64,000 nucleotides of DNA from Dehalococcoidia bacterium (GTDB taxonomy: Bacteria; Chloroflexota; Dehalococcoidia; Lucifugimonadales; UBA3495), in NCBI GenBank assembly GCA_963666865.1, contig OY763072.1, positions 2,647,356-2,711,355 of the forward strand, in the 5' to 3' direction. Under the pieces are notes generated by a model. The model did not search any database, was not told the DNA's origin, and saw nothing but the letters and a program-made list of their open reading frames with translations. The translations under genes and the position numbers were made by a program. This document shows positions 18,142 to 27,804 of this stretch, in pieces (the first letter of the stretch is position 1; each line of letters starts with the position of its first letter).

Positions 18142-19455
18142 TCACACCAGTGCCGGGGCCGGCAGCAGCCCGATTCGTTGAAAATTATCGTCCACGTAGC
18201 GGGTGTAGTAGCCGTAATCGAAAAGGGCTTCCATCTCATCGGCGTTGAGATGTTCCGCAGCCTGCGGGTCCGATTTGAGCAGGTGCCGGAAGTCTTGGGC
18301 GTCGTCCCAGGCGCGCATGGCGTTGCGCTGGACGATGTCGTAAGCCTCCTCCCGCGACAGACCTTTCTCTTCAACCAGCGCCAGCAGCACCCGTTGGCTG
18401 AAAATCAACCCCCGGCTGCTCTCGAGGTTTTGCCACATCCGGTCCGCGTCCACCCGCCAGCCGCTCACCACGTGGGTGAAGATGCTCAGGATGTAGTCCA
18501 GCATCAGGCAGGTATCGGGCAGGATGATGCGCTCGGACGAAGAATGGCTGATGTCCCGTTCCCCCCACAGGGCCACGTTTTCCAGGGCGGGCACGGCGTT
18601 GCCCCGGATAGTGCGCGCCAGGCCGCAGATGCGTTCCGTAAGCTCCGGGTTGCGCTTGTGGGGCATGGAGGACGAGCCGGTCTGTCCCGCGCCGAAAGGC
18701 TCCTCGACTTCGTGGACCTCGGTGCGCTGCATCCCCCGGATCTCGGTGGCGAACTTCTCCAACGAGGCGGCAACCAGAGCGCAAGTCGTGATGAAGTGGG
18801 CGTGGCGATCCCGTTGCACCACCTGGTTGGACACCGGTTCCACCTTCAGTCCCAGGTGGTGGCAGACCCGGTCCTCGATGTGCGGCGGAATGGTGGCATG
18901 AGTGCCCACCGCGCCGGAGATTTTGCCCACCCGAACTGACTCCCGTGCCTCCTCCATGCGTTCCCGCTGGCGGCGCAATTCGTCCCACCACAGGGCAAGT
19001 TTCAATCCGAAGGTCATGGGTTCGGCGTGGACCCCATGGGTTCGCCCCATCATCAGGGTGTCCTTGTGCCGGATGGCCTGTTCCTTGACGGCGGCGATGG
19101 CAGCGTCAATCTCGCCGAGTAGCAGGTCGGCGGCAGCCACCAGTTGCAGCGCCTGGCCCGTGTCCAGCATGTCGGAGGAGGTCATGCCCAGGTGTAGCCA
19201 ACGCCCTTCCGGGCCAAGGGTTTCCGTGATGGAGCGCAGGAACGCCGTAACGTCGTGGCGGGTGGTTTCGAAAATCTCCATCATCCGCTGATGGTTGTAA
19301 GCCGCGCCGCGCAGCCGCTCCATATCCTCTAGCGGGACCACGCCGGCTTCGGTCCAAGCCTCGCATACGGCCAGCTCCACGTCCAGCCACATCCGGTACT
19401 TGTTTTCGTCAGACCAGACCCGTTTCATCTCGGCCCTGGAGTAGCGGTCAATCAA
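18142..19455 (-). CDS. purB: adenylosuccinate lyase
   Basis: 437 aa. MIDRYSRAEMKRVWSDENKY...GSSSMPHKRNP signature. Confidence 0.92.
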   Translation of the reverse strand: MIDRYSRAEMKRVWSDENKYRMWLDVELAVCEAWTEAGVVPLEDMERLRGAAYNHQRMMEIFETTRHDVTAFLRSITETLGPEGRWLHLGMTSSDMLDTGQALQLVAAADLLLGEIDAAIAAVKEQAIRHKDTLMMGRTHGVHAEPMTFGLKLALWWDELRRQRERMEEARESVRVGKISGAVGTHATIPPHIEDRVCHHLGLKVEPVSNQVVQRDRHAHFITTCALVAASLEKFATEIRGMQRTEVHEVEEPFGAGQTGSSSMPHKRNPELTERICGLARTIRGNAVPALENVALWGERDISHSSSERIILPDTCLMLDYILSIFTHVVSGWRVDADRMWQNLESSRGLIFSQRVLLALVEEKGLSREEAYDIVQRNAMRAWDDAQDFRHLLKSDPQAAEHLNADEMEALFDYGYYTRYVDDNFQRIGLLPAPALV

Positions 19456-19514
19456 GGTTTCGCCTCCCCTGAGTCATGAACACGCGGATAATTTTATCAT
19501 AGCCCAAAGGGTCG

Positions 19515-20204
19515 TCAGCCTTCGCCGCGCGAATACTCGCGGACCGCTTCCAGCACCGGGCCGAAATCGGTGAACAGCGTGAACGGGATGCCGGCGTCCT
19601 CGCACATGGCGGCCATCTGCCGGTGGGCGAAAACGGTGTCGGCGACCTCGCCGGCCTCAAAATCGGATCGACCGTCTCCCATATAAAAGACGTGTCGCCC
19701 CTGCTCCCGGAACCGTTGCACGATCAACGCCTTGCTGTTGCCAAGCTCCGGCGCATCGGGATACGGGAAGTCGTAGCGGTATCCCTGGACTCGCCCGTTG
19801 TCGTCGAACCGGGTGACCACCGCATAGACCGGCACGTCCGAGTGACCGCTGCCGTCCAGCAAAGCCTGGATGTAAAAATCCAAACCCTGGCTGATAATGC
19901 ACATTGGGAAGTCGTTCTCCCAGCAGAATTGCCATAGCTCGTCGAAATAAGGGCGGAAGCAAGCGTTCTCCCGGACGTATGCCTGCATCGCTTCCTTCTT
20001 GGCGTCCATCCGCAGGAAGGTTATCTCCTGGTACTCTTTGAGCGTCAGTTCGCCGGCGCGAAAACGATCGCGCACCTCGGTCCAGGAAGGATGGCCGAAC
20101 CGGTGCAGCAACAACTCCGCTACGTTCTGAGCCGCAGCGGTGTCGTCAAAATCGGTCAGAACCGCCGGCAGACGGCGGCTAGCTGGGCCGGGATTATCGC
20201 TCAC
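19515..20204 (-). CDS. HAD-superfamily phosphatase (MtnX-like)
   Basis: LTDFDDTAA (DxDxT-like motif I) ... YMGDGRSDF. Start taken as GTG 20204, which overlaps the purE stop. The longer track ORF overlaps purE. Confidence 0.65.
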   Translation of the reverse strand: MSDNPGPASRRLPAVLTDFDDTAAAQNVAELLLHRFGHPSWTEVRDRFRAGELTLKEYQEITFLRMDAKKEAMQAYVRENACFRPYFDELWQFCWENDFPMCIISQGLDFYIQALLDGSGHSDVPVYAVVTRFDDNGRVQGYRYDFPYPDAPELGNSKALIVQRFREQGRHVFYMGDGRSDFEAGEVADTVFAHRQMAAMCEDAGIPFTLFTDFGPVLEAVREYSRGEG

Positions 20205-20652
20205 GGAGAGACTGCCGGTATTGCTCGACGGCCTGGCGGATGTTGTCGTGCTTGATCGCCAGGATCTGGGCGGCGTAGTAGGCGGCGTTGCGCGCTCCCC
20301 AACCACCCACGGCCATGGCGGCCACCGGGATGCCGGGGGGCATCTGTGCCGTTGACAACAACGCATCCCAGCCGTTGAGCTCGCTTGAAGTCAACGGTAT
20401 CCCGATCACCGGCAACGTGGTCTGGGCCGCCAGCGCGCCGCCCAGGGCTGCTGAACCACCGGCCGCGGCGATGAGCACCTCAAGGCCGCGTTCGCGGGCG
20501 GTGGAGGCATACTCGTGGACCCGCTCCGGCGTGCGGTGGGCAGACATGACCCGGACCTCATATTCGACGCCCAGGGATTCCAGCGTGTTAATGGTCGGTT
20601 GGACGGCCTCCTCGTCGGAAGCGCTGCCCATAACTACTCCTACCAGTGGCAA
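20194..20652 (-). CDS. purE: 5-(carboxyamino)imidazole ribonucleotide mutase
   Basis: VGVVMGSASD...VRVMSAHRTPE...IAAAGGSAALGG. TTG start preceded by AAGGAG. Confidence 0.9.
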   Translation of the reverse strand: MPLVGVVMGSASDEEAVQPTINTLESLGVEYEVRVMSAHRTPERVHEYASTARERGLEVLIAAAGGSAALGGALAAQTTLPVIGIPLTSSELNGWDALLSTAQMPPGIPVAAMAVGGWGARNAAYYAAQILAIKHDNIRQAVEQYRQSLRER

Positions 20653-20741
20653 AATCGTTCTCCTTTCTCAATCTCTTGCCCGTTTCGGCTGCCGGGCGTC
20701 CGCATCGCACTATACACCACTAGGGCTTTGGGTAACGACGG

Positions 20742-21173
20742 TCAACCCTCCACCATATCCGCAATGTCCCGGAACGCGTCCAGGAGCGCGGACTGTATGG
20801 ATTCTGCGTCATCATCGACCTCTTCGTCTTCTACAACCACGTACCCGGAATCGTCTTCATCGATGCCGACTCGCACCTCAATTTCCACCGGCTCACCGTC
20901 GTGCCAGAAAAGAACATAGACGATTTCGTCCACATCCTCTTCTTCCGACAGATCCTCCTCATCAAATTCATAATGCCAGGAACGATTGATAATCAATCGG
21001 GCGCCGCCATCCAGCAGCACGTCATTCATCTGGTTGAGCAATCCGTCCACTGCCAATCGACCGGCGAACCGCTCCAGCAGGGTACGCCGCTCCGCAACTT
21101 CGGTTATGCGGCGGCCATAACCTTCGTTGTCCACGCGCACCCGCAGTCGATTCAACTCATCCAGCCAGGGCAT
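20742..21173 (-). CDS. hypothetical acidic protein
   Basis: 143 aa from ATG 21173 (GGAGGAAG upstream). Very Asp/Glu-rich C-terminal half. No recognisable motif. Confidence 0.5.
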   Translation of the reverse strand: MPWLDELNRLRVRVDNEGYGRRITEVAERRTLLERFAGRLAVDGLLNQMNDVLLDGGARLIINRSWHYEFDEEDLSEEEDVDEIVYVLFWHDGEPVEIEVRVGIDEDDSGYVVVEDEEVDDDAESIQSALLDAFRDIADMVEG

Positions 21174-21205
21174 TGGTACTTCCTCCGGTATCGCCGGGCG
21201 CAACT

Positions 21206-21811
21206 TTATCGCGCCCGGGGTTTCCGATTGCGCCCGTTAAAGTAGCAGAACTCATCGACGGTGCGAAAGTCAGGAACGTGCAACCTCCGAGCCAAATTGC
21301 CTAGGATGTCCAGGAGATCGATGTAGCACAATCCGGGATGTCCCTGGCTGAACCCGGCCGGCAGCATTCCCAGCCGCCGCAGCGCCCGCTCAGTGTGAGG
21401 ACTCCAGGGAGCGAACAACGTCGGATCGCGCAAGGCCAGCAGGTACGAAGGCCATTCTTTGCCAGCGCCGCTCAATCCGAAACCGCCGGTTGCGACGGCG
21501 CACTCTTCGAAACGATTTTCCAACTTGATGACGTCGTAGAGCAAGAAATCCACGGTCTCGCGGATATCCTCAATTGGATTGGCGCGGAACTTTGAAACTT
21601 GCCGGCCGCCGGCGCCCCGGTACAGGATAACGGCTTGATCTTCGGTCAATTCAGGCAGCGCGTCTTGCTCCAGCCAGGCTTGCCACTCATCCGCCCGGCT
21701 CCAGCGACGCCGGCGGAATGCGTCCAATTCCCCTGACGCCCCAGCGGCGTGATATGCCTCCACCAGAGCCGGCCAATCGGGTTCTGTAACGGCGATGCGG
21801 GCGGCGATCAT
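21206..21811 (-). CDS. hypothetical protein, distantly related by eye to the 38727 / 39776 duplicated domain
   Basis: 201 aa. Shares the motifs SYLLALRDPTLFAPW (compare LSLLNPALFVMW) and TVDEFCYF (compare FIDEYNWL). Confidence 0.5.
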   Translation of the reverse strand: MIAARIAVTEPDWPALVEAYHAAGASGELDAFRRRRWSRADEWQAWLEQDALPELTEDQAVILYRGAGGRQVSKFRANPIEDIRETVDFLLYDVIKLENRFEECAVATGGFGLSGAGKEWPSYLLALRDPTLFAPWSPHTERALRRLGMLPAGFSQGHPGLCYIDLLDILGNLARRLHVPDFRTVDEFCYFNGRNRKPRAR

Positions 21812-21826
21812 ATGCAGTGGTGATTG

Positions 21827-23122
21827 TTACACCGAGACGGGTTCGCCAACCGGCGTCGCGGCAATGTCCCGCCGGTAGTAGGCGTCAGTGAACGAGATAC
21901 TCTGCACCCGGCGATAGGCCCGTTCCCTCGCTTCAGCGACGCGGTCGCCCAGCCCCACCACCGCCAGCACCCGGCCGCCGGCCGTCACCACGCCGCCGCT
22001 GTCGTCCTCCGCCGGTTGCGCGCCGGCGTGGAAAACCAAGCTATCCTGATCATCGGCGTCGTCATCCAGCCCGTTTATGGTGTACCCGGTCTGGTACTGC
22101 CCCGGGTATCCTCCGGAGACCATCACCACGGCGACTGCGGGGCGTTCGGACCACTCCACCGGGCCGGCATTATCCAGGTTTCCGTTGGCGCAGGCCAGCA
22201 TCGCCTCCACCGGGTCGCTCAACAACCGGGGCATGATGACCTGGGTTTCCGGGTCACCGAAGCGACAGTTGAATTCCAACACGCGGGGACCTTCCCGCGT
22301 CAGCATCAACCCGCAGTACAAGGCTCCGCGATAGGGGCAACCCCTTTCCGCCAGTTCCCTGATGACGGGCAACATGAAGCGTTGGCGAATTTCGTGGGCG
22401 AACTCGGCGTTCCAGAAGTCAGGCGGCCCGAAGCTGCCCATTCCTCCGGTATTGGGTCCAACGTCACCCTCGCCCACGCGCTTGTAATCGGTCGCTGCCA
22501 CCAACTCCGATAGATTCTCGCCGTCGGTGAAACCGAATACGCTCACTTCGATCCCGTGCAGCCAATCCTCGATGACCACGGTCTCGCCCGACGTGCCGAA
22601 TATTCGATCCTCCATGCATGCGCGGATGGCGATCTTGGCGTCTTCTCGGGTGGCGCACATGGCGACGCCCTTGCCGGCGGCCAGGCCATCGGCCTTCACC
22701 ACCACCGGGCGGTCATGATAGTCAACATAACTCAGCGCCCCGGAAATGGTCTGGAAGACGCGATAGTTCGGGCCGGGCACTCTGGCGGCGTCCAGCACGC
22801 TGCGGGCGAAGCTCTTGCTGGATTCCAGTCGGGCCGCGGCTCGACTCGGGCCGAATGCCGGGATCTCGACAGCGGCGAGACGGTCGGCCAACCCCAGGGC
22901 CAGTGGCGTCTCCGGGCCTATCACCACCAGGTCTATGGCGTGGTCAGCGGCAGCCGCAACAATCCCGTCAACGTCGGTGTCGGCTAGGGGCAGGTTCGTT
23001 CCCAGACCCGCCGTGCCGGAGTTGCCGGGCGCGGCCAAAAGTTCAGTGACGGAATCCGAGCGTTGCAGCCGCCATGCCAGCGCGTGTTCTCGCCCGCCGG
23101 AACCCACTATCAGGACACGCAT
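21827..23122 (-). CDS. purD: phosphoribosylamine--glycine ligase
   Basis: MRVLIVGSGGREHALAW..., ATP-grasp blocks, 431 aa. Confidence 0.92.
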   Translation of the reverse strand: MRVLIVGSGGREHALAWRLQRSDSVTELLAAPGNSGTAGLGTNLPLADTDVDGIVAAAADHAIDLVVIGPETPLALGLADRLAAVEIPAFGPSRAAARLESSKSFARSVLDAARVPGPNYRVFQTISGALSYVDYHDRPVVVKADGLAAGKGVAMCATREDAKIAIRACMEDRIFGTSGETVVIEDWLHGIEVSVFGFTDGENLSELVAATDYKRVGEGDVGPNTGGMGSFGPPDFWNAEFAHEIRQRFMLPVIRELAERGCPYRGALYCGLMLTREGPRVLEFNCRFGDPETQVIMPRLLSDPVEAMLACANGNLDNAGPVEWSERPAVAVVMVSGGYPGQYQTGYTINGLDDDADDQDSLVFHAGAQPAEDDSGGVVTAGGRVLAVVGLGDRVAEARERAYRRVQSISFTDAYYRRDIAATPVGEPVSV

Positions 23123-23192
23123 CGAATTACCTCAATGCCCCGCTCATGGTGAGCGGCAATCCTCCGCTCGTGGTGAGCCTGTCGAACCACGG

Positions 23193-24761
23193 TTATTCCC
23201 ACTCAATGGTGCCGGGCGGTTTGCTGGTAATGTCATAGACCACCCGGTTCACTCCGTCCACCTCGTTGACGATCCGGTTGCTGATGCGCGCCAGCACGTC
23301 GTAAGGCAAACGAACCCAGTCGGCGGTCATGGCGTCTTCGGAGTTCACGGCGCGAATGGCGCAGGCGTAGCCGTAGGTGCGGTAATCGCCCATAACGCCA
23401 ACGGTGCGGTTGTCGGTGAGTACGGCAAAGCTCTGCCAGATATCCCGATACAATCCGGCATCGGCTATCTCTTCCAGCACGACGCGGTCGCAGTTTCGCA
23501 GCAATTCCACCCGCTCCGGCGTCACCTCCCCGATGATGCGAATGGCCAATCCGGGACCGGGGAAGGGCTGACGGTAGATAATCTCCTCCGGCAGACCCAA
23601 CTCCAAGCCCACCGCTCGCACCTCATCCTTGAACAGGTATCGCAGCGGCTCCACCAGCCCGAAGTCCATGCGCTCCGGCAGTCCGCCTACGTTGTGGTGG
23701 GTCTTGATGCGGGCTGAGGCCCGGTTTTCCGGAGTTTCGCTCTCAATAACGTCGGGATAAAGCGTGCCCTGGGCCAGCCACTTTACGTTTTCAATCTCGG
23801 CGGCGGCGTCTTCAAAGACGCGGATGAACTCGCCGCCGATAGTCTTGCGCTTGGTCTCCGGATCCGTCACCCCGGCCAGACCGTTCAGGAACCGGTCCGA
23901 GGCGTCAACATAGCGCAGGTCCAGGCCCAGGTTTTTGTGAAAGGTTTCCTGCACCTGCTCCGATTCCCCATGACGCAGCAGACCATTGTTCACGAGTATG
24001 CAGGTCAGTTGGGGCCCTATCGCCCGGTGCAGCAGCGCCGCCGCCACCGACGAATCCACGCCGCCGCTCAACCCGCAGATAACGCGGTCGTCGCCCACCT
24101 GCGCCCGCACCCGTTCCACGGTGTCCACCACGAAATTACCGGGCGTCCAGGCGCCGGAACACCCGCAGATGTCGCGGATGAAGTTGCGCAGTATGGTCAT
24201 GCCGTCCGGGGTGTGCCGCACTTCCGGATGGAACTGGAGGCCGTACCAGCGTTGGCCGTCGGAAATGGCGGCGCACTCGGTGTTGGCGGTGCGCCCCAAC
24301 GCGGCCATGCCCTCCGGCAGCCGTTCCACTCGGTCGCCGTGGCTCATCCAAACCGGGATCGTGCCCTCGATGCCGGCCAGTAGAGCGCCCGAAGCATCGC
24401 CTCCGGATTGTTGAACAATCGCAAAGTCGGCGTGTCCGTACTCCCGCACATTCCCAGGCGTTACAACACCCCCCAGCTGATGCACCATGGCCTGCATCCC
24501 GTAGCAAATACCCAGCGTCGGCAGGCCGCATTCCAGCACCCAATCCGGTATCACCGGCGCCCGGGCATCGTACACGCTGGCCGGGCCACCGGACAGGATG
24601 ATGCCCCGGGCGTTCAGATGGGAGATCGCCCCGGCATCGGCGGTGGCCGAGATGATCTCCGAATACACCTGCAACTCTCTGACGCGGCGGGCAATCAGAT
24701 GGGTGTATTGGGAGCCGAAGTCTATGACTACAATGGCGTCGGGTTGCGCTGGGCTGTTCAT
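23193..24761 (-). CDS. guaA: glutamine-hydrolysing GMP synthase
   Basis: [38 protein letters not shown]-terminal PPGTIEWE. Start set at ATG 24761 (MNSPAQP). Confidence 0.92.
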   Translation of the reverse strand: MNSPAQPDAIVVIDFGSQYTHLIARRVRELQVYSEIISATADAGAISHLNARGIILSGGPASVYDARAPVIPDWVLECGLPTLGICYGMQAMVHQLGGVVTPGNVREYGHADFAIVQQSGGDASGALLAGIEGTIPVWMSHGDRVERLPEGMAALGRTANTECAAISDGQRWYGLQFHPEVRHTPDGMTILRNFIRDICGCSGAWTPGNFVVDTVERVRAQVGDDRVICGLSGGVDSSVAAALLHRAIGPQLTCILVNNGLLRHGESEQVQETFHKNLGLDLRYVDASDRFLNGLAGVTDPETKRKTIGGEFIRVFEDAAAEIENVKWLAQGTLYPDVIESETPENRASARIKTHHNVGGLPERMDFGLVEPLRYLFKDEVRAVGLELGLPEEIIYRQPFPGPGLAIRIIGEVTPERVELLRNCDRVVLEEIADAGLYRDIWQSFAVLTDNRTVGVMGDYRTYGYACAIRAVNSEDAMTADWVRLPYDVLARISNRIVNEVDGVNRVVYDITSKPPGTIEWE

Positions 24762-24894
24762 AAAATCCCCGCCGGAGCGATGCGGTTGCGGCGACAATAT
24801 TAGCATAATGCGGGAAGGCGTTCACCGCACGCCGTTACCCGGTACCGCCATCCTTGATAGAATACGCACGCCGACCGGCCCCCAGGATGCGACG

Positions 24895-26295
24895 ATGACG
24901 GTTTTTGCGACGACCAGAGAACCGCGCCCGGACCAGCATATTGTGCGCGAGTGGCCCTTGCCGCTGAACCAGCGCAACCAGTACGATGGACTTGACTTGC
25001 TGGCCGCCCTGGAGCCGGCATCAGTGCCCCTCTGCATTTTTGACCCGCAGTACCGGGGCATATTGGACAAGATGCAGTATGGCAACGAAGGGGTCAGTCG
25101 GGGCCGCGCGCGATCAGCGTTGCCGCAGATGAGCGAGGAAACCATCGCTAAATTCATCGAAGGCATTTCTAGGGCGCTGAGACCGTCGGGCCACTTGTTT
25201 CTGTGGGTGGACAAGTTCCACATCTGTACCGGAGTAAAGCCGTGGCTTGCACGATTTGGGCTGGAAATCGTGGACCTGGTGACTTGGAACAAGGGTAAAA
25301 TGGGCATGGGCTACCGCACACGGAGATACGCTGAATACTTGGTGATCGCCCAAAAACCGCCGAAACGTGCGAAAGGCGTTTGGCACCGGCACAACATTCC
25401 CGACGTTTGGGTGGAAATAGCGGACGACCAGCACGCCCACACTAAGCCGGTGCTTTTACAAGCGGCTCTAATTGAGGCGGTCACTGACCCCGGAGATGTT
25501 ATATTGGACCCAGCCGCGGGGAGCTATTCGGTTCTGGAAGCTGCAAGATGGGTAAAACGCAAGTTCTTGGGTTGCGATATCAATGTACCAGAAGCAGACA
25601 GAGGTGAGGCAATGCCGAAAATTAGAGATAGCAAACCCGGACGTAGGGATGGATCTTACACCCGCCTATTCGACGACCCCAATATCGGGGCTATGTTGTC
25701 CCAAATTCATGCGACGTCGATCAGAGCCGGAACGGAATTGGAAAATATCATCCAAAAACACGCCAAAGAGAACGAGAATCTAATACCAGACTTGGACGGG
25801 TTCCTTTCCCTTTCGAACATTTTCGAAGGTGTGTTCCTGGCAGACAAGAAGGTGATTAGGAAGTCGCGAACAGTTGGTGCCAGTGTGCAGCCTGATTATC
25901 TGGTATTTGACCAGAGGAATGGTACACGACAGTGTTATGTCGTGGAGCTGAAAGACGGTGACGTGTTTGACACCAAAAAGACAGACGGAGAAATCGATGC
26001 GTTAAACAGCTTTATGCAAAAGATAGCAAGGCGCATCCAATACTCTGTTGGCATCAGAGTCTGTTCGTTCAATCAGACTGACAAAAATGCTATCGCAAAC
26101 GGATTTAAAAATCGAGTTGACGCGTCCGAAGTCTGGACAGGTCAGGAATTTTGCGAGCTGTTAGGTATTGATTACCGAGCGATTCTGGACGAGCGAAGAA
26201 CTTACGCCGAGCAAAACCGTGAATGGCTTGTGACCGAAGTGCTCAACATCCCAGAGCTGAAGCAAATCATTGAGCAGAAAATCACCAAACGTTAG
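24895..26295 (+). CDS. beta-class N6A/N4C DNA methyltransferase fused in frame to a PD-(D/E)xK restriction-endonuclease-like domain
   Basis: Motif IV CIFDPQY, then [33 protein letters not shown] (motif I). C-terminal GTELENII ... QPDYLVFD ... YVVELKDG. Start ATG 24895. The track start at 24598 overlaps guaA. Confidence 0.75.
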   Translation: MTVFATTREPRPDQHIVREWPLPLNQRNQYDGLDLLAALEPASVPLCIFDPQYRGILDKMQYGNEGVSRGRARSALPQMSEETIAKFIEGISRALRPSGHLFLWVDKFHICTGVKPWLARFGLEIVDLVTWNKGKMGMGYRTRRYAEYLVIAQKPPKRAKGVWHRHNIPDVWVEIADDQHAHTKPVLLQAALIEAVTDPGDVILDPAAGSYSVLEAARWVKRKFLGCDINVPEADRGEAMPKIRDSKPGRRDGSYTRLFDDPNIGAMLSQIHATSIRAGTELENIIQKHAKENENLIPDLDGFLSLSNIFEGVFLADKKVIRKSRTVGASVQPDYLVFDQRNGTRQCYVVELKDGDVFDTKKTDGEIDALNSFMQKIARRIQYSVGIRVCSFNQTDKNAIANGFKNRVDASEVWTGQEFCELLGIDYRAILDERRTYAEQNREWLVTEVLNIPELKQIIEQKITKR

Positions 26296-26305
26296 ACGTG
26301 GGAGC

Positions 26306-26731
26306 ATGGCAATGACCTCAGTGAGTCACAACCAGCCTCTACAGGGAGAATCCGTCGGTAAATTTATTCAGCCGAAAACGCCGGTGGCAGAACGCATAGA
26401 CCAGCTGTTGTTGAACGACCCCCATGAACAGGAGTCGTGCCAGCGACGACTCGGCCAAGCCCAATGGTTGAAGCGAGTAATGGCCCTCCGGTGGGGCGAT
26501 CACCTTCCTCAACCCTTCATCGGGTTTGACCCAGACGAAGGGCTGTTCATCATGGAGTGGCAGTCCGACACGGAGTGCAATACGCTGACCATTGACGCCG
26601 AGAACCATAAAGCTTGGTACGACCCCTGGCCCACTGGTCAAACCGACCCCGCACCTGCCACTGAACTCAACCTGGACACGGAGGAAGGGTGGGAATGCCT
26701 TCGGTCTGCCCTCACGACAATCCAACCATAA
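26306..26731 (+). CDS. hypothetical protein (cassette gene a, copy 1)
   Basis: 141 aa. GGGAG before ATG 26306. Related by eye to 44034-44420. Confidence 0.6.
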   Translation: MAMTSVSHNQPLQGESVGKFIQPKTPVAERIDQLLLNDPHEQESCQRRLGQAQWLKRVMALRWGDHLPQPFIGFDPDEGLFIMEWQSDTECNTLTIDAENHKAWYDPWPTGQTDPAPATELNLDTEEGWECLRSALTTIQP

Positions 26732-27117
26732 CTACCGACGGCCCCTACTACCGCCAGGTACACCCCAATAATTTTCAGGATGGCCGGGTCTTGTCCCCGG
26801 CCTTTGCATTGCAAGATATTGGCTGCCATCTATGCCTTTCGCTTAACGACGGTGCTCGCACCACGGCGCGGCGCTGTTACCTCGAATGCACTCAGAATGG
26901 CGAGCGCCCATCGGCCGCAGTTCTGGAGATAACGTCGCAGGAGCTCAAAGAATCGGGAGCGGCTCGAGTGGTGGATTCGCCTAACGAACAGACTCTCGCC
27001 CACGTTGACGCCATGTACGAAAAGCCGCTGAGCCGGTGGCAACGTCGGAACGTAAGCCAATCCCTGGCCGCGTCGGCCAATAAAAGGAACCCAGCCTATC
27101 AGCCTTACGCAGGTTGA
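26695..27117 (+). CDS. hypothetical protein (cassette gene b, copy 1)
   Basis: 140 aa. GGAGGA 9 nt before ATG 26695. Overlaps gene a by 37 nt. Related by eye to 44417-44791. Confidence 0.6.
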   Translation: MPSVCPHDNPTITTDGPYYRQVHPNNFQDGRVLSPAFALQDIGCHLCLSLNDGARTTARRCYLECTQNGERPSAAVLEITSQELKESGAARVVDSPNEQTLAHVDAMYEKPLSRWQRRNVSQSLAASANKRNPAYQPYAG

Positions 27118-27161
27118 GGACCGTCATCGACCTTCAGCCTGATGGTACAATCGTCTCCGGC

Positions 27162-27791
27162 ATGGATTACCAAACCGAAATTGCCCAGGCCGCCGCGGTT
27201 GTCTCCGCCGGCGGCGTAGTCGCCATCCCCACTGACACGCTCTTTGGCCTGGCGGCAGACGCCCTCAATTCCGACGCAGTCGAGCGAGTGTACGTCGCCA
27301 AGGGCCGGCCGGCTGATCTGCCCCTGCCGGTGCTGGTGTCCGGATGGGAGCAGGCGACGCAGGTGGCGGCTATTCCCGCCGCCGCGCTGCCCATGGTCCA
27401 AAAGCTCGCCGAGGCATACTGGCCCGGCAGCCTGACCATGGTGCTCCCTGCCGCGCCGGGTCTCCCGGACCGCCTCACCGCCGGCCGTGACACCATCGCG
27501 GTGCGGATGCCCAACCATCCGGCGCCTCTGGCGTTGGCGGAAGCCCTGGGTCGTCCCATCACTGGAACCAGCGCCAACCGCAGCGGCGAGCCGGACATTA
27601 CCGACGCGGATGAATTGCGGGCAATCATCGGTCCGCGAGTTGATGGTATCATTGCATCCGGCCCGACCCCGAAGGGAACCGCCAGCACTATTATATCCGT
27701 GTCCCCAGAAGGCACCGCGCTGCTCCGGGAGGGAGCATTGCTCTATCGCGAAATACTGGACCTCCTTGACATGATGGAAGCGCGCAGTTAG
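27162..27791 (+). CDS. tsaC: L-threonylcarbamoyladenylate synthase (YrdC/TsaC type)
   Basis: GGVVAIPTDTLFGLAADA...YVAKGRP...SANRSGEP. Confidence 0.85.
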   Translation: MDYQTEIAQAAAVVSAGGVVAIPTDTLFGLAADALNSDAVERVYVAKGRPADLPLPVLVSGWEQATQVAAIPAAALPMVQKLAEAYWPGSLTMVLPAAPGLPDRLTAGRDTIAVRMPNHPAPLALAEALGRPITGTSANRSGEPDITDADELRAIIGPRVDGIIASGPTPKGTASTIISVSPEGTALLREGALLYREILDLLDMMEARS

Positions 27792-27804
27792 TGAGGACCC
27801 CATC

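Noticed and set aside
17576-18145. ORFs translating as ...VIPAKAGIQ..., ...SFRRKPESR... or ...RKNVTPYLIRG... (also 14096-14593, 55954-56253, 30075-30302, 58199-58723 and the N-termini of 30057, 58238 and 51683)
   Set aside because: These peptides come from the dispersed palindromic repeats, and the same peptide strings recur wherever a repeat occurs. The ORFs overlap well-supported genes on the other strand.
24598-24894. N-terminal 99-codon extension of the methyltransferase ORF as listed in the track
   Set aside because: It overlaps the 5' end of guaA on the opposite strand and has no methyltransferase-like sequence. The first ATG (24895) lies just after the divergent intergenic region.
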